DNA of 63,455 nucleotides from a virus. Lineage: Duplodnaviria; Caudoviricetes. The notes under the pieces were generated by a model. That model saw only the letters and a list, made by a program, of their open reading frames with translations. It had not been told where the DNA came from and made no database searches. The position numbers were made by a program, and so were the translations under genes. Shown here in pieces: positions 8,804 to 18,816 of the stretch. The stretch spans positions 1-63,455 of IMG/VR virus record IMGVR_UViG_3300043395_004412; one strand, written 5' to 3'. How positions within the stretch are numbered: position 1 is the stretch's first letter; every line of letters starts with the position of its first letter.

Positions 8804-9484
8804 TTAATTTGCTCCTACCAGCTCTTTTCCTTTATCTAAAATACTACTACTTTTTCCTTTTATCTTATCTAAAACATTCTCGGCGTTTCCTGTATATTTG
8901 TCGAATAACCCACAAACTCCTTCTGAAAGTCTTTCTTCTAAACTACTAACAAATGAAGTTTCTTTTATTGCTCCACCAAGTACGTTCCTTAAAATTGAAT
9001 GTCCTTTACCTTCCAAACCTTGAGCTCTTTGTAACATTATAGCTAATGCTTCAGAAAGGGATTCTGCAATTAATTTTGTTAATTCTTTACAATCTTTAGT
9101 CGCTCTTGCAAGTCTTGCTGGGTCTGAAACTATGAATGAAGTTACAAAATCTTTGAAATATCCACCAAGTCCAAACCAACCTAAAATTGAACCTACTAAA
9201 GGCTCAACAAATGCTTGAGTAACTCCACTCGGAGCTTGTCCAAATAACTTACCCAAAATTTCTCCAAATTGCTCATTCAATAATCCCTGTTCATCAAGTG
9301 ACCTAACTTCACTCAAGAATTCAAAAATAACTTTAAGTTTTTTTTCTTCATTTAAAGATTCAAACTTTGACCTATCACCCATTATGATGGAAAGTCTATT
9401 CTCAACTATTTTATTTTCAATAAGTTGAGAATCTTTTTTTTGTTTCTGTTCTAAAAGTTTCTTTCTGATATCTTTTTTCAACAT
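8804..9484 (-). CDS. Hypothetical protein (probable virion protein)
   Basis: 226-aa ORF; leader-like N-terminus IRKKLLEQ. Confidence 0.75.
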   Translation of the reverse strand: MLKKDIRKKLLEQKQKKDSQLIENKIVENRLSIIMGDRSKFESLNEEKKLKVIFEFLSEVRSLDEQGLLNEQFGEILGKLFGQAPSGVTQAFVEPLVGSILGWFGLGGYFKDFVTSFIVSDPARLARATKDCKELTKLIAESLSEALAIMLQRAQGLEGKGHSILRNVLGGAIKETSFVSSLEERLSEGVCGLFDKYTGNAENVLDKIKGKSSSILDKGKELVGAN

Positions 9485-9488
9485 ATTA

Positions 9489-10487
9489 TTATTGTAATCT
9501 AAAAATAGAATCGTCCCCTGAGCTTGAAGGTCCGCCAGTTCTTCTACCAGACAAAACTTTAATCATTTCATCGAATTTTCCTCCACCAATACCCCACTTA
9601 CCTTCAAATTCATTTTTACAGAATTGAGCTTGGTCGTGCATTCTTGTAATCAATCCTCTATTTGTAATTTGTCTACCTTTAGTTCTTTGGAATTCATTAT
9701 AGAAACGCTCGATTGTTTCTTTACAACCCTTTCTATCCATACTCTCATTTTCCTGTTTGTCTTTTAAAAGTGATGGGTCAGCCTTAGTTGGGTCTAAATA
9801 AACTAATTGATTTGGTGAAAATAATCCTTCAGGTAATCCTGAATAATTTATTTTATATAGCTCAACAGATTGATATTTGTCTTTTTCCACATCTGTTGGG
9901 TTTACAATAATACCATCTTCGTCCCTCAGTTTTTTGACCCATTGATTTCTAATAGCTTCTTTTTCATCCATTGTGCCAGTTGCAGTACCAATTTTTCTAT
10001 ATAGTTTTACGTTCCCTACTGTAACTACCTCCCATATTTGAGGGTTATTTATTTCTCTAGTATCTTGATTAGTTTTTCTTAAATCCTCGAGTGTTGCCCA
10101 TTTGTCCTTTTTATATTGTGCAATTAGGTACTCATTGTTAACTTGGTCTTCAGTTGGTTTACCAAGATTTTCCATTGCTGGACAAGCAATCTGATTTTTG
10201 AAAGCCTGAGTCGACTGTTTAGTCGTGGGGTTGTAAAAATAGTATGTATTATTCGGAAGGAAACGTACGAATTCACCTGGTTTACTTTTACTTGGTTTAC
10301 TAAATACCGCTTGTCCTGATGGTAACATACCAATTTTACCATTTGGAACTGGATAAGTACCAAAACAACCAGCACGGTGCCCCGCATCCAACTTTTCTGT
10401 GTCGGTTACTGTTCCCTCTTTTAATAGAGATTTGTGTTTTTGTAAAATTTCAATTCTTTCGGATTCTTCTACTAAAAATTGTTTCAT
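9489..10487 (-). CDS. Hypothetical protein with N-terminal leader motif
   Basis: MKQFLVEESERIEIL..H...LLKE. Confidence 0.75.
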   Translation of the reverse strand: MKQFLVEESERIEILQKHKSLLKEGTVTDTEKLDAGHRAGCFGTYPVPNGKIGMLPSGQAVFSKPSKSKPGEFVRFLPNNTYYFYNPTTKQSTQAFKNQIACPAMENLGKPTEDQVNNEYLIAQYKKDKWATLEDLRKTNQDTREINNPQIWEVVTVGNVKLYRKIGTATGTMDEKEAIRNQWVKKLRDEDGIIVNPTDVEKDKYQSVELYKINYSGLPEGLFSPNQLVYLDPTKADPSLLKDKQENESMDRKGCKETIERFYNEFQRTKGRQITNRGLITRMHDQAQFCKNEFEGKWGIGGGKFDEMIKVLSGRRTGGPSSSGDDSIFRLQ

Positions 10488-10497
10488 ATTATAATTT

Positions 10498-11712
10498 TTA
10501 TAATTCTTCGGTTGATGGTTCGAGTCCTGAGTCTTTAACTACTGCAGTCGCACAGATTTTATCAACCTCAGAGTCTCTAAATATTCCATTTAGTTCAGGA
10601 TGTTTTTCGTTCAATTTATTTTCTGTTTTTGGACCAAACTTACCATCTTGTGATAGTCCGCCTAAACATCCTTGTACTTTTGCAATCACATCTGATTTAC
10701 AACCTTTTCTATAAACACCTGAACATGATTGGAATGATGTTCCTGGTCTTGGACTTGGGTCTGGACTTGGGTCTGGACTTGGGTTCGGGTCAATGTCCAC
10801 ATCTACCGAATCTAAATTAATATTTCCTAAATCAGCTTGTTCTCTTACCAATTTTTTTTTTACACTTTCACTAACAGTAACTTTTCTGTTATCAGTACCT
10901 GAACAAACAACTTTCTTACCTGTCCATTTGTGTGTATCACCCTTGTAGAGTCTACCGTCTTGAAGTACGTGGAATTCTTTTAATTGACCTTTTACTTTGA
11001 AAGTTACCTTTACGTATGTATTACCATATTGGTCAGTTTCAACTGAAATTGGTAAAACAAATGAATCCGTAACTTCCAAACATGGGAATTGATTTAACCA
11101 CCATTGTTCATTTGCAGTTTCAGCATTTCTGATTTTAAGGTTACCCTTAACTGATTTTGCTAACAAAATTTCGATTACATTTGTTACTTCACCAATTTCT
11201 GAAGTATTGAGTTCATCTATTAATTCTTCCTCAAACTTTTCTTTACCCATTTTTTCTCTAATCTTACAAAAATCTCCAAAATTTCCGTTGGTTTCAAGCT
11301 CTGTAAGTGCTGCTCTTAAATCAGTCAAACCTGTACCTGCACCTATTCCCATTCCCATAAAAGTCCAATCGAATGATTTTCTGAATAAACCAGCAAGTTT
11401 AGTTTGTTGTTGGGTATCAAGTGTTTCTCTTTTCAATTTCTGAGCATCAGCATCGTTTTTATCACAACCTTTTGCAAGTTCTCTTAATTTTGTTTTAGCA
11501 TCTGTAGTAGTCCATTCAGAAGCAATACTTCCACCTAGTAATGCAGGTATCCCTATCCCAAGACCCCACGCCACTAGAGGAGCAATCTCATTTAATTGTT
11601 GTTTATTCTCTACAACGACTTTATTCTCTGTATAAGTTTTAGAGGAATCATACTCCATCATTAATTTTATTCTTTGGAGTGCCTCTTCGGGACTATATTT
11701 TGGATGTACCAT
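10498..11712 (-). CDS. Hypothetical protein with C-terminal peptidoglycan-binding-like domain
   Basis: KGCKSDVIAKVQGCLG...DGKFGPKT; PSPD linker; hydrophobic segment. Confidence 0.7.
   Translation of the reverse strand: MVHPKYSPEEALQRIKLMMEYDSSKTYTENKVVVENKQQLNEIAPLVAWGLGIGIPALLGGSIASEWTTTDAKTKLRELAKGCDKNDADAQKLKRETLDTQQQTKLAGLFRKSFDWTFMGMGIGAGTGLTDLRAALTELETNGNFGDFCKIREKMGKEKFEEELIDELNTSEIGEVTNVIEILLAKSVKGNLKIRNAETANEQWWLNQFPCLEVTDSFVLPISVETDQYGNTYVKVTFKVKGQLKEFHVLQDGRLYKGDTHKWTGKKVVCSGTDNRKVTVSESVKKKLVREQADLGNINLDSVDVDIDPNPSPDPSPDPSPRPGTSFQSCSGVYRKGCKSDVIAKVQGCLGGLSQDGKFGPKTENKLNEKHPELNGIFRDSEVDKICATAVVKDSGLEPSTEEL
10746..10784. repeat. 12-bp tandem repeat (PSPD linker)
   Basis: About 3 copies of GGACTTGGGTCT. 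Confidence 0.8.
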
Positions 11713-11744
11713 GATACTGTTTTTTTGTTATAAATATATTGAAA

Positions 11745-11996
11745 TTACCAAATTTGATTTGCAACACCTCTATTCAATCCTGTTTCCCATTTTTCTCCTC
11801 CTTTACCCAACATATTGGCCTTCCCACGTTTGGGACCTCCGTGAACATCTGACCATTTTGGTGGAGCCTTTCCTGTACCACCTGTTGAGCCTCCAGCTGG
11901 GGGTGGGGTTGCTTCTTGTTCTTTCATTTCACCATCACGACCTTTATCTGAATATTTTTGGAAAAAGGATATAAGAAAATCTATGTCTAAAATCAT
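11745..11996 (-). CDS. Small Gly/Pro-rich hypothetical protein
   Basis: Two RG(K/V)AN motifs; TATTTAT upstream. Confidence 0.65.
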   Translation of the reverse strand: MILDIDFLISFFQKYSDKGRDGEMKEQEATPPPAGGSTGGTGKAPPKWSDVHGGPKRGKANMLGKGGEKWETGLNRGVANQIW

Positions 11997-12044
11997 ATTA
12001 ATAAATATTTTTGTTTTGGATAAAAAAATCATACTTTTGTTTTT

Positions 12045-12587
12045 ATGAAAAAATACCTTCTATTTCTACTTCCGTTACTTCTGTCTTGTGAAAAATATGT
12101 TACCGAAGTCAGTGACCTGACTCTGAGTGGAAAATATGTTGTTTCCAAAGTTACTTTGATTCAAACATCTCAAGCAACGACAAAGGATACAACATTCTTT
12201 TCAGGTTCTACTTTTATGACCCCATACCTTCCTGACCCTTTCGATTCAATTAAAGTAGATAATTTCTATCTACATTTTGATTATTCAACCATAAGGATGA
12301 TTTGGTATAATAGACACCAAAACGGTCAAAGGGATAGATGGGAATATGGTGAGTCCCCAAATGAAATTATGTTCTGGAGGGTTCCATATAGTTTTGATGC
12401 ATACACCACAGGTAAAATTCAATTCGATTACAAACCCAAGGATAGAAACTCTTACGCAAGAATTACTTTTCAGGTCGATAGTGATTTGTTAGAGACCCTA
12501 CAATTGTCTGGATTGGATTTTGCACCGTACGGTAAAGATGGCCCGCACTATAGACTTATTCTTTCTCTCAATAGAGTTGGACCTTAA
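12045..12587 (+). CDS. Lipoprotein, unknown function
   Basis: MKKYLLFLLPLLLSC lipobox; TACTTTTG upstream. Confidence 0.8.
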   Translation: MKKYLLFLLPLLLSCEKYVTEVSDLTLSGKYVVSKVTLIQTSQATTKDTTFFSGSTFMTPYLPDPFDSIKVDNFYLHFDYSTIRMIWYNRHQNGQRDRWEYGESPNEIMFWRVPYSFDAYTTGKIQFDYKPKDRNSYARITFQVDSDLLETLQLSGLDFAPYGKDGPHYRLILSLNRVGP

Positions 12588-12883
12588 TAGAATTCTGATT
12601 CAGGTAGAGATTCGGGATGGATTGTATAATATTCGTTCAAGAATGTTATCAGTTCATCCTCATCCAATTCTACTTTTTCTTCATCTGCAAATGAATCGTC
12701 TTCCTCATCCTCAAAAAAGTCAAATGATTCTGTAACTAAATCAAACCCATATTCTTCAACTATTGAATAATCTATTTGGTCTACTCTTATAACCTCATCA
12801 TTGTCTTCTATCGTTCTGAATGAAACTTCCATTATGTTGCTATCGCTATTCATGAAATACGATACTATTTCTTTGATTTCCAT
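12584..12883 (-). CDS. Acidic hypothetical protein
   Basis: 99-aa D/E-rich ORF. Confidence 0.7.
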   Translation of the reverse strand: MEIKEIVSYFMNSDSNIMEVSFRTIEDNDEVIRVDQIDYSIVEEYGFDLVTESFDFFEDEEDDSFADEEKVELDEDELITFLNEYYTIHPESLPESEFY

Positions 12884-12996
12884 AAGTAATTTTATATAAC
12901 AAATATTATAAAATATGATAAAAGTCAGGCCAAAATTTTTATTTTATCATTTTTTTTCTCTGTATTTATGGTTAACTTTATTTAAAGATTCAAATT

Positions 12997-13593
12997 ATGA
13001 GATTCAATTCACTTACAATAGACAACTTCTACGCTAATCCATTAGAAGTTAGAGAATTTGCACTTAAACAAGAATTCAAGGTAAGAGGAAATTATCCTGG
13101 TCAAAGAACCAAATCATTCTTAAATGACCCCTTGAAAAAGAAGTTGAGAGACATATTATATCCTTTTGCTGGTGAGATTACTTATTGGGGAAGTGATGAC
13201 CCCGAAAACAATTATACTGGTTCATTCCAATATACTGTTGCTGAAGACAGGTCATGGATTCATGCCGATTCCACCACTGATTGGGCTGCGGTTTGTTATT
13301 TAACTCCAGATGCCCCAATATCATCAGGTACAGGAATTTTTAGACATAAGTCTACAGGTTGGATGCATTATGATTACAAAAGAGAAAACGAACCAGGTTA
13401 CAAAGAATCTGCCCCTCCAGGACATGAGTGTAGAGATTACACCAAATGGGAAATGGTAGATAGAATTGGAAATGTGTTCAACAGACTCATAATGTATAGA
13501 GCCGATAACTATCACGTATCATTAGATTATTTCGGAAGAGATATTAACGATGGAAGATTATTCCAAGTTTTCTTCTTCAACACAGAACGTTAA
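12997..13593 (+). CDS. 2OG-Fe(II) oxygenase-like (DUF6445-like)
   Basis: IDNFY.NP, NYPGQR, WIHAD, AVCYLTP, GT, FNRL..Y...YH, RLFQVFF. Confidence 0.85.
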   Translation: MRFNSLTIDNFYANPLEVREFALKQEFKVRGNYPGQRTKSFLNDPLKKKLRDILYPFAGEITYWGSDDPENNYTGSFQYTVAEDRSWIHADSTTDWAAVCYLTPDAPISSGTGIFRHKSTGWMHYDYKRENEPGYKESAPPGHECRDYTKWEMVDRIGNVFNRLIMYRADNYHVSLDYFGRDINDGRLFQVFFFNTER

Positions 13594-14009
13594 TCAACAA
13601 AAAAGTTTTCCAAGAGTTTTGGATTCATTTGTGCAACAATATTGATAATTCCCTCTGCACACAAACACATACCTGGGTGGTGTGTTGAACTCACCAATCT
13701 CATATGATTGAATCCCAAAATAATAGTAAAAAAATGGTCTTTTTGATAAACATTCCTTGCAACAATGTTGGGGTCTAAGCTGATTAAAAAATCTACCGCT
13801 TTTTCTGCTGGTGTTTCAAACACAGGTATACCGATTCTTTCTACGACATAACGAAATGGATGAAAACCTATTTCATCTGTTTGACCTTTGATAGATTGGA
13901 TTTGTTGGTTTGGTAATGGTTTGGATGGCGTAAAATGCCAAAGCCAATATTCGTTTTCTAACCCAACTTTTCTATAGTCCTGAACTGATATATATTCGTG
14001 TCTTATCAT
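13590..14009 (-). CDS. Hypothetical protein
   Basis: ORF coupled to upstream oxygenase. Confidence 0.65.
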   Translation of the reverse strand: MIRHEYISVQDYRKVGLENEYWLWHFTPSKPLPNQQIQSIKGQTDEIGFHPFRYVVERIGIPVFETPAEKAVDFLISLDPNIVARNVYQKDHFFTIILGFNHMRLVSSTHHPGMCLCAEGIINIVAQMNPKLLENFFVD

Positions 14010-14605
14010 CTTAAATTAGCACCACATAACCAAGTAACCAAGGACCTTCTTAGACCTGAAGATAATGGGGTCACTCTGTGTAGAACAAACGATGGGAAAA
14101 AACAAATTAACCCTTTTTGCTTTGGGACGTTGAGGATGCTACCTCCAGTATTCATCTGTAGTTCACCACCCTCGTATTCGGATGCATCAGACAATTGAAG
14201 AACAACTGAAAGTTTTCTATTTGAAATACCTACACCCAAATCAGCGTGCCAATCATAGTGACCACCATTTCCATAATAAGATGTATATTGAAGGTCGTCT
14301 TGATAATCCCAAATATCAAAATTCCACATCTCGGAGTTTGCCTTAATTGCTAAATCCGCAATTCTATTGAATAACCATTCAGAATCTGAGAAATTTGGTA
14401 TCCATGAAATATCACTGACTCTATAGTCCGAAACTTTGTGGTCTTTTTCGTCTCCCACAGTTGTGGCTTTTATTTTTGGTTGAGATTCTCCTATCTGAAT
14501 AATTTTCTCTAATTCTTGGTCGGTGAATACTTCGGTAAAATAATAATAGTTAAAATGATTTACACTATTTCTCTGAAGGGATACAAACTTGTTATTACTT
14601 GGCAT
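14006..14605 (-). CDS. 2OG-Fe(II) oxygenase (PKHD/prolyl-hydroxylase type)
   Basis: YDWHAD, RKLS, YEGGEL, FPSFVLHRVTP, RRSLVTW. Confidence 0.92.
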   Translation of the reverse strand: MPSNNKFVSLQRNSVNHFNYYYFTEVFTDQELEKIIQIGESQPKIKATTVGDEKDHKVSDYRVSDISWIPNFSDSEWLFNRIADLAIKANSEMWNFDIWDYQDDLQYTSYYGNGGHYDWHADLGVGISNRKLSVVLQLSDASEYEGGELQMNTGGSILNVPKQKGLICFFPSFVLHRVTPLSSGLRRSLVTWLCGANLR

Positions 14606-14657
14606 ATCGATATTTTATACTTCAAGTTTAATCTGTTCTTGTTATATTTTCAATAGT

Positions 14658-15599
14658 ATGAGTGAAAAAAAATTGGTTTTTGACGTAGTATTCCTTAAGG
14701 GGGATAACAGAGTTTTTGAACTCAGAATCAAAGAAACTTTTGAGTTTATAGATTATCTTTTAATTTTTGGGGATGATAAAAGTTTAAAAGAGATATTGAA
14801 TTATTTACCAGAAAATAGCCCCAATATTTCGACTTTTCATATTGATGGGGAATTTGTTACTGAAAATATTTCAGAACAAATCTTAAAATTTTTGGAAAGA
14901 AACTATAAAACATTCGAAGACTTAGTTTTATTTTCTTTTTCCAATGAAATACCAAATCTGAAAGATTTGACTGCAGAAGAAATTAAATCTAAAGAAGTAA
15001 TCGTTTTTAAGAATGATGTTTATCAGTATCACTCAAACTTGAAACAAAAGTTTGGAGAAGCAGGAACAACACTCACAAATTTTAGCCACCTTTTAAAAAA
15101 TAAAAAAAACTTTTTAGTCGAGGTTTTAAATTCATTAAGTAATAGATTATATAGAGATACCGATATTGTTAACGGAAAAAAATTTTTATTTTCAGAATTG
15201 AGTAGTCATACTACCTATAAATGTCCTTATTCAAACAAAACTATTGAGTTCAAAAAACCTATTGAACCAAGAAAATTCATTTTCTTTTTTGGTGATGTTT
15301 TAGATAATGATTTAGGGGATTTCAATTTTGACGTTAAATTTACAAATCAATTTCCAGAATCAATAGATATTGGTTTTGGTAGAGAAATTCAAAAAATCCA
15401 AATTTACCAACCAAATAATAAAATTTACGGAAATAACCAAACTGAATTTGAATTCAAATATAAAACTTTCGAGGTTTTGAGAATACTTTCTTTTTTCAAT
15501 TGCCAAGATGAAGACAATATTGTTATTTACCAACCCTCTTTTGAAGTACAAAGTTATAAGTTCAGTCAAATAAAAAACCCCTCATACGGAGGGGTTTAA
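14658..15599 (+). CDS. Degenerate GT17-like glycosyltransferase
   Basis: FD...FELRIKE...IDY and DLVLFSFSNEIP resemble GT17 ELRL / ISDxDEIP. Confidence 0.5.
   Translation: MSEKKLVFDVVFLKGDNRVFELRIKETFEFIDYLLIFGDDKSLKEILNYLPENSPNISTFHIDGEFVTENISEQILKFLERNYKTFEDLVLFSFSNEIPNLKDLTAEEIKSKEVIVFKNDVYQYHSNLKQKFGEAGTTLTNFSHLLKNKKNFLVEVLNSLSNRLYRDTDIVNGKKFLFSELSSHTTYKCPYSNKTIEFKKPIEPRKFIFFFGDVLDNDLGDFNFDVKFTNQFPESIDIGFGREIQKIQIYQPNNKIYGNNQTEFEFKYKTFEVLRILSFFNCQDEDNIVIYQPSFEVQSYKFSQIKNPSYGGV
15572..15597. terminator. Terminator between convergent genes
   Basis: AAACCCCTC-ATACG-GAGGGGTTT. Confidence 0.7.
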
Positions 15600-15600
15600 T

Positions 15601-16761
15601 CTATTTTAAAACTTTCATTCTCAACATCATCTCGGTTATTTTGTTTTTTTGTTTTTCGAAAGATTCTTTCAAATCTTCATCAATTTCATCCCAATCACCT
15701 GTGTGAGCTTTAATTTCTTCCCACGTAGAATCTTCAGGATTAAATTTTTCCAAATCCAAATCTAACTCATTTGGAGCCAAATCTTTCTCCCAATAAACAT
15801 CATCTTCAGCAGTATCATCACTTGATGAGCCACCCCAACTTGAAGTTTGATAAGGTCCTGCACTTCCTGGTCCTTTCGAATCAAAATCAAACGCTGGTTC
15901 CATATCACCATAAACTCCTTGTACTCCTGAGATATCTGTTTCTTCTAATTCATCTGACCACGCAGATTCCATAGTTTCGTAATCACAATCTAAACATTCA
16001 TCTTCTTCCATTTCTCCCTCAGGGTAGACATCCATGGGTCCGTTGCTAACAAAATCGTAGGCTGGTTCAACATTACTGATGTCCATATCAGGAGCATTTC
16101 CACCACCAGTATAGCCTTGTTCATACATTTCACTTGAATCGATTTCCAAGTCATCTGTCCCCACAACTTCATCATCTTCGTTGTCTGGGTCCTCAAAGTT
16201 ATCAACATAATCATCTTCTTCTTGTTCATTTTTTATTCCCTTCATGTGGTGCATTTTTTCAAATGTACCGTATTTGTTACCTCCCCCTTGAACGTAGTCG
16301 AATTCATCGTTACCCAAGTCTTCAACATTATAAATGTCGTCTAAATGACCTACTTCATCCAATTCTTCCATTTTATATCCACACTCGGTACACTCACCTT
16401 CGTTCATTAATCCTCCACATTCGGAGCACATCATCTCTTCTTTTTCTTCCATAGCACCCACCTCACCTTTCCATCCACACTCGGTACACTCTCCTTCCAT
16501 CATCATAGAACCACATTCGTCACAAACTTCTTTTTGTTCTTTTTGTTCGTTGATTCCAACATTTGTGTATGGTTTAACAACACCTTTGTTGTTTATAACT
16601 GCACCGACTTTATCTTTTGCAAAATCTTGTACGTATAGTGGTTGTTGGTTAGACACATTAGCTTGTAGTGTTCTATACCCATCATATAGTGTTCTGTGTT
16701 GTGCCAAAATATCGTTTTTCTCGTCTTGGCTCAAACTACTTGCGGCGAAATATGCGTTCAT
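15601..16761 (-). CDS. Highly acidic protein with tandem Zn-ribbon repeats
   Basis: CDECG..CTECG, CSECG..CTECG, CLDC; repeated PA(Y/F)DFxSxGP. Confidence 0.8.
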   Translation of the reverse strand: MNAYFAASSLSQDEKNDILAQHRTLYDGYRTLQANVSNQQPLYVQDFAKDKVGAVINNKGVVKPYTNVGINEQKEQKEVCDECGSMMMEGECTECGWKGEVGAMEEKEEMMCSECGGLMNEGECTECGYKMEELDEVGHLDDIYNVEDLGNDEFDYVQGGGNKYGTFEKMHHMKGIKNEQEEDDYVDNFEDPDNEDDEVVGTDDLEIDSSEMYEQGYTGGGNAPDMDISNVEPAYDFVSNGPMDVYPEGEMEEDECLDCDYETMESAWSDELEETDISGVQGVYGDMEPAFDFDSKGPGSAGPYQTSSWGGSSSDDTAEDDVYWEKDLAPNELDLDLEKFNPEDSTWEEIKAHTGDWDEIDEDLKESFEKQKNKITEMMLRMKVLK

Positions 16762-16842
16762 AGAGAATTATTTTCTATAAATACCAAAAAAAACTAAATT
16801 TTCCATTTTACAATCCCGAAATTAAATTATAGTATTATGTAG

Positions 16843-16917
16843 ACAGGTTTGGTTCTCTTAATTGATAAAGTATCTTGGTAATTTACTTATCGCCATTTGA
16901 ACTGACCTGTTTTTTTT
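16843..16917 (+). ncRNA. Putative ~70-nt hairpin RNA
   Basis: ACAGGT/ACCTGT, GGTTC/GAACT and GATAAAGTA/TACTTATC nested stems then T-run; intergenic. Confidence 0.4.
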
Positions 16918-16958
16918 ATTATTATTTTTTTTATCTTTGTTATCAAAACAATAAAAAC

Positions 16959-17174
16959 ATGCAAACACTTATTTTCAACACAACCACAAAATCAATCAAA
17001 GTTTACGAAAACTACACTTCAGAGAATCAAAAAATCCTTATGGAAATGACGAGTATTCCTACAGTGAAAGTATGTGAAGGATATTATGAAGTAATCCAAA
17101 GTGATGAATTCGAAAAAAAATTCCCTGTTCTTCGTTTACCTATTTCTAATACAAACATGGTAATCACAAAGTAA
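16959..17174 (+). CDS. Hypothetical protein
   Basis: ATG after TATCTTTG promoter (16932-16939). Confidence 0.75.
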   Translation: MQTLIFNTTTKSIKVYENYTSENQKILMEMTSIPTVKVCEGYYEVIQSDEFEKKFPVLRLPISNTNMVITK

Positions 17175-17178
17175 AACT

Positions 17179-17382
17179 ATGGACATCCGATTTAACGAAA
17201 TATTTGATAACACAATCCCACATAGTTCTTTCTTAAGTGAAAGTTCAATCAAAAGTTGTATGCACCAATCTTATAGATTGGGTGTTGACGACGTTTTGGA
17301 TTGGTTAAAACAAAATGAACATCTTTCAGACAACATCAGTTATTTAATTGAAGAATTTGTAAATCAAACTAATCAAAAATGA
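17179..17382 (+). CDS. Hypothetical protein
   Basis: Operon packing. Confidence 0.7.
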   Translation: MDIRFNEIFDNTIPHSSFLSESSIKSCMHQSYRLGVDDVLDWLKQNEHLSDNISYLIEEFVNQTNQK

Positions 17383-17543
17383 GTATTACCAACGAAGAAA
17401 TCATCGATGAGATTTTACATGAAGCGGGAAAATTTGGTCTTTTAAATGAAGTGATTGATACTGCAAAAAAAATTATGGAACAATACCCCAACACTGACCG
17501 AGTTGTTGCATATGAACAAGCTTTAATGGAATGGGTAAAATAA
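17379..17543 (+). CDS. Hypothetical 54-aa protein (not in ORF track)
   Basis: MSITNEEIIDEILHEAG...EWVK; ATGA overlap with previous gene. Confidence 0.7.
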   Translation: MSITNEEIIDEILHEAGKFGLLNEVIDTAKKIMEQYPNTDRVVAYEQALMEWVK

Positions 17544-17752
17544 AAGAATTAGATTTACATGGTCTTACAAATCTCGAGGCTCGAGATAAAGTTGAAAACT
17601 TTGTTTTACTTCATTCTACCGAATTACCAATTAGAATTATTACAGGGGGTTCAGAGAGAATGAGAAACATGACTATAAACATTCTTGAAAAACATAAATT
17701 TACTTACGATATACCAGCTCATAATTCTGGTGAAATAATAGTTTTATCATGA
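17531..17752 (+). CDS. Stand-alone Smr (MutS2 C-terminal) domain protein
   Basis: ELDLHGL, IRIITG, NSG motifs. Confidence 0.85.
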   Translation: MGKIKELDLHGLTNLEARDKVENFVLLHSTELPIRIITGGSERMRNMTINILEKHKFTYDIPAHNSGEIIVLS

Positions 17753-18816
17753 ATACGATAGACAAAAAATATCAAGACCTTCTTATTCACATTCTCCGAA
17801 ATGGTGTTGAGAAACAAGATAGAACGGGAACAGGAACAAAATCAGTCTTCGGTTATCAAATACGCCATAATATGAGAGAGGGGTTTCCTCTTCTCACGAC
17901 CAAAAAAATGGCTTGGAAAACTATGGTAACTGAGTTATTATGGTTTTTAAGAGGTGATACAAACATTAAATTCCTTGTAGATAATAATTGCCACATTTGG
18001 GATGGAGATGCTTATAAAAATTATTTCAACAAAAACAAAGCCGATATATTTCACCCAATATTACCACAAGATGCATTCATTAATGCAATCAAAACAAATC
18101 CCGATTTTGCAAAAAAATATGGTGAATTGGGTCCCATCTATGGTAAACAATGGAGACAATGGCAGGGTTGGATGACCACCTCAGAAGGTGAAATGGGTTC
18201 ATTGTGGTTCGACCAAATCCAAAGATTGGTCCACATGTTAAAAACAGAACCTGATTCAAGAAGACTAATGGTCAACGCTTGGAATGTTGGTGAATTGAAT
18301 GAAATGGTGTTACCTCCATGCCATTATGGATTTCAAGTATACACAAGAGAACTTACATATCATGAAAGATACAGTTTGTGGTTTTCGAATAATTACGAAA
18401 CAGGAATGGAATACAATGAAACAATTATACCTGATTTTGATAATGAATATTACACCAAAACACCTACAAGAGCAATATCTTTAATATGGAATCAAAGGTC
18501 TGTTGATACGTTTTTAGGATTACCTTTCAATATTGCATCCTATGGACTATTACTAACATTATTAGGAAAGTTAGTCAACATGGTTCCCGACGAGTTAATC
18601 GGTAATTTGGGAGATACTCATCTATATCTCAATCACATAGACCAAGCAAGAGAACAAATTGAAAGAAATTCATTCGAACTACCAAACGTTAAATTAAATT
18701 TCAATTTTCAGTTTAACGATGGATATCTAGTTGCTTGGGAAAAAATTCGTGTGGATGATATTCATTTGATGAACTACAACTCTCACCCGTCTTTAAAGGC
18801 CCCTTTGAGTAACTAG
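17749..18816 (+). CDS. thyA: Thymidylate synthase
   Basis: DRTGTGT, FPLLTTKK, ELLWFLRG, LPPCH, QRSVDTFLGLPFNIASY, DTHLY. Confidence 0.98.
   Translation: MNTIDKKYQDLLIHILRNGVEKQDRTGTGTKSVFGYQIRHNMREGFPLLTTKKMAWKTMVTELLWFLRGDTNIKFLVDNNCHIWDGDAYKNYFNKNKADIFHPILPQDAFINAIKTNPDFAKKYGELGPIYGKQWRQWQGWMTTSEGEMGSLWFDQIQRLVHMLKTEPDSRRLMVNAWNVGELNEMVLPPCHYGFQVYTRELTYHERYSLWFSNNYETGMEYNETIIPDFDNEYYTKTPTRAISLIWNQRSVDTFLGLPFNIASYGLLLTLLGKLVNMVPDELIGNLGDTHLYLNHIDQAREQIERNSFELPNVKLNFNFQFNDGYLVAWEKIRVDDIHLMNYNSHPSLKAPLSN

Noticed and set aside
17749-18816. Intron or intein in thyA
   Set aside because: Continuous ORF; insertions are short and lack splicing motifs
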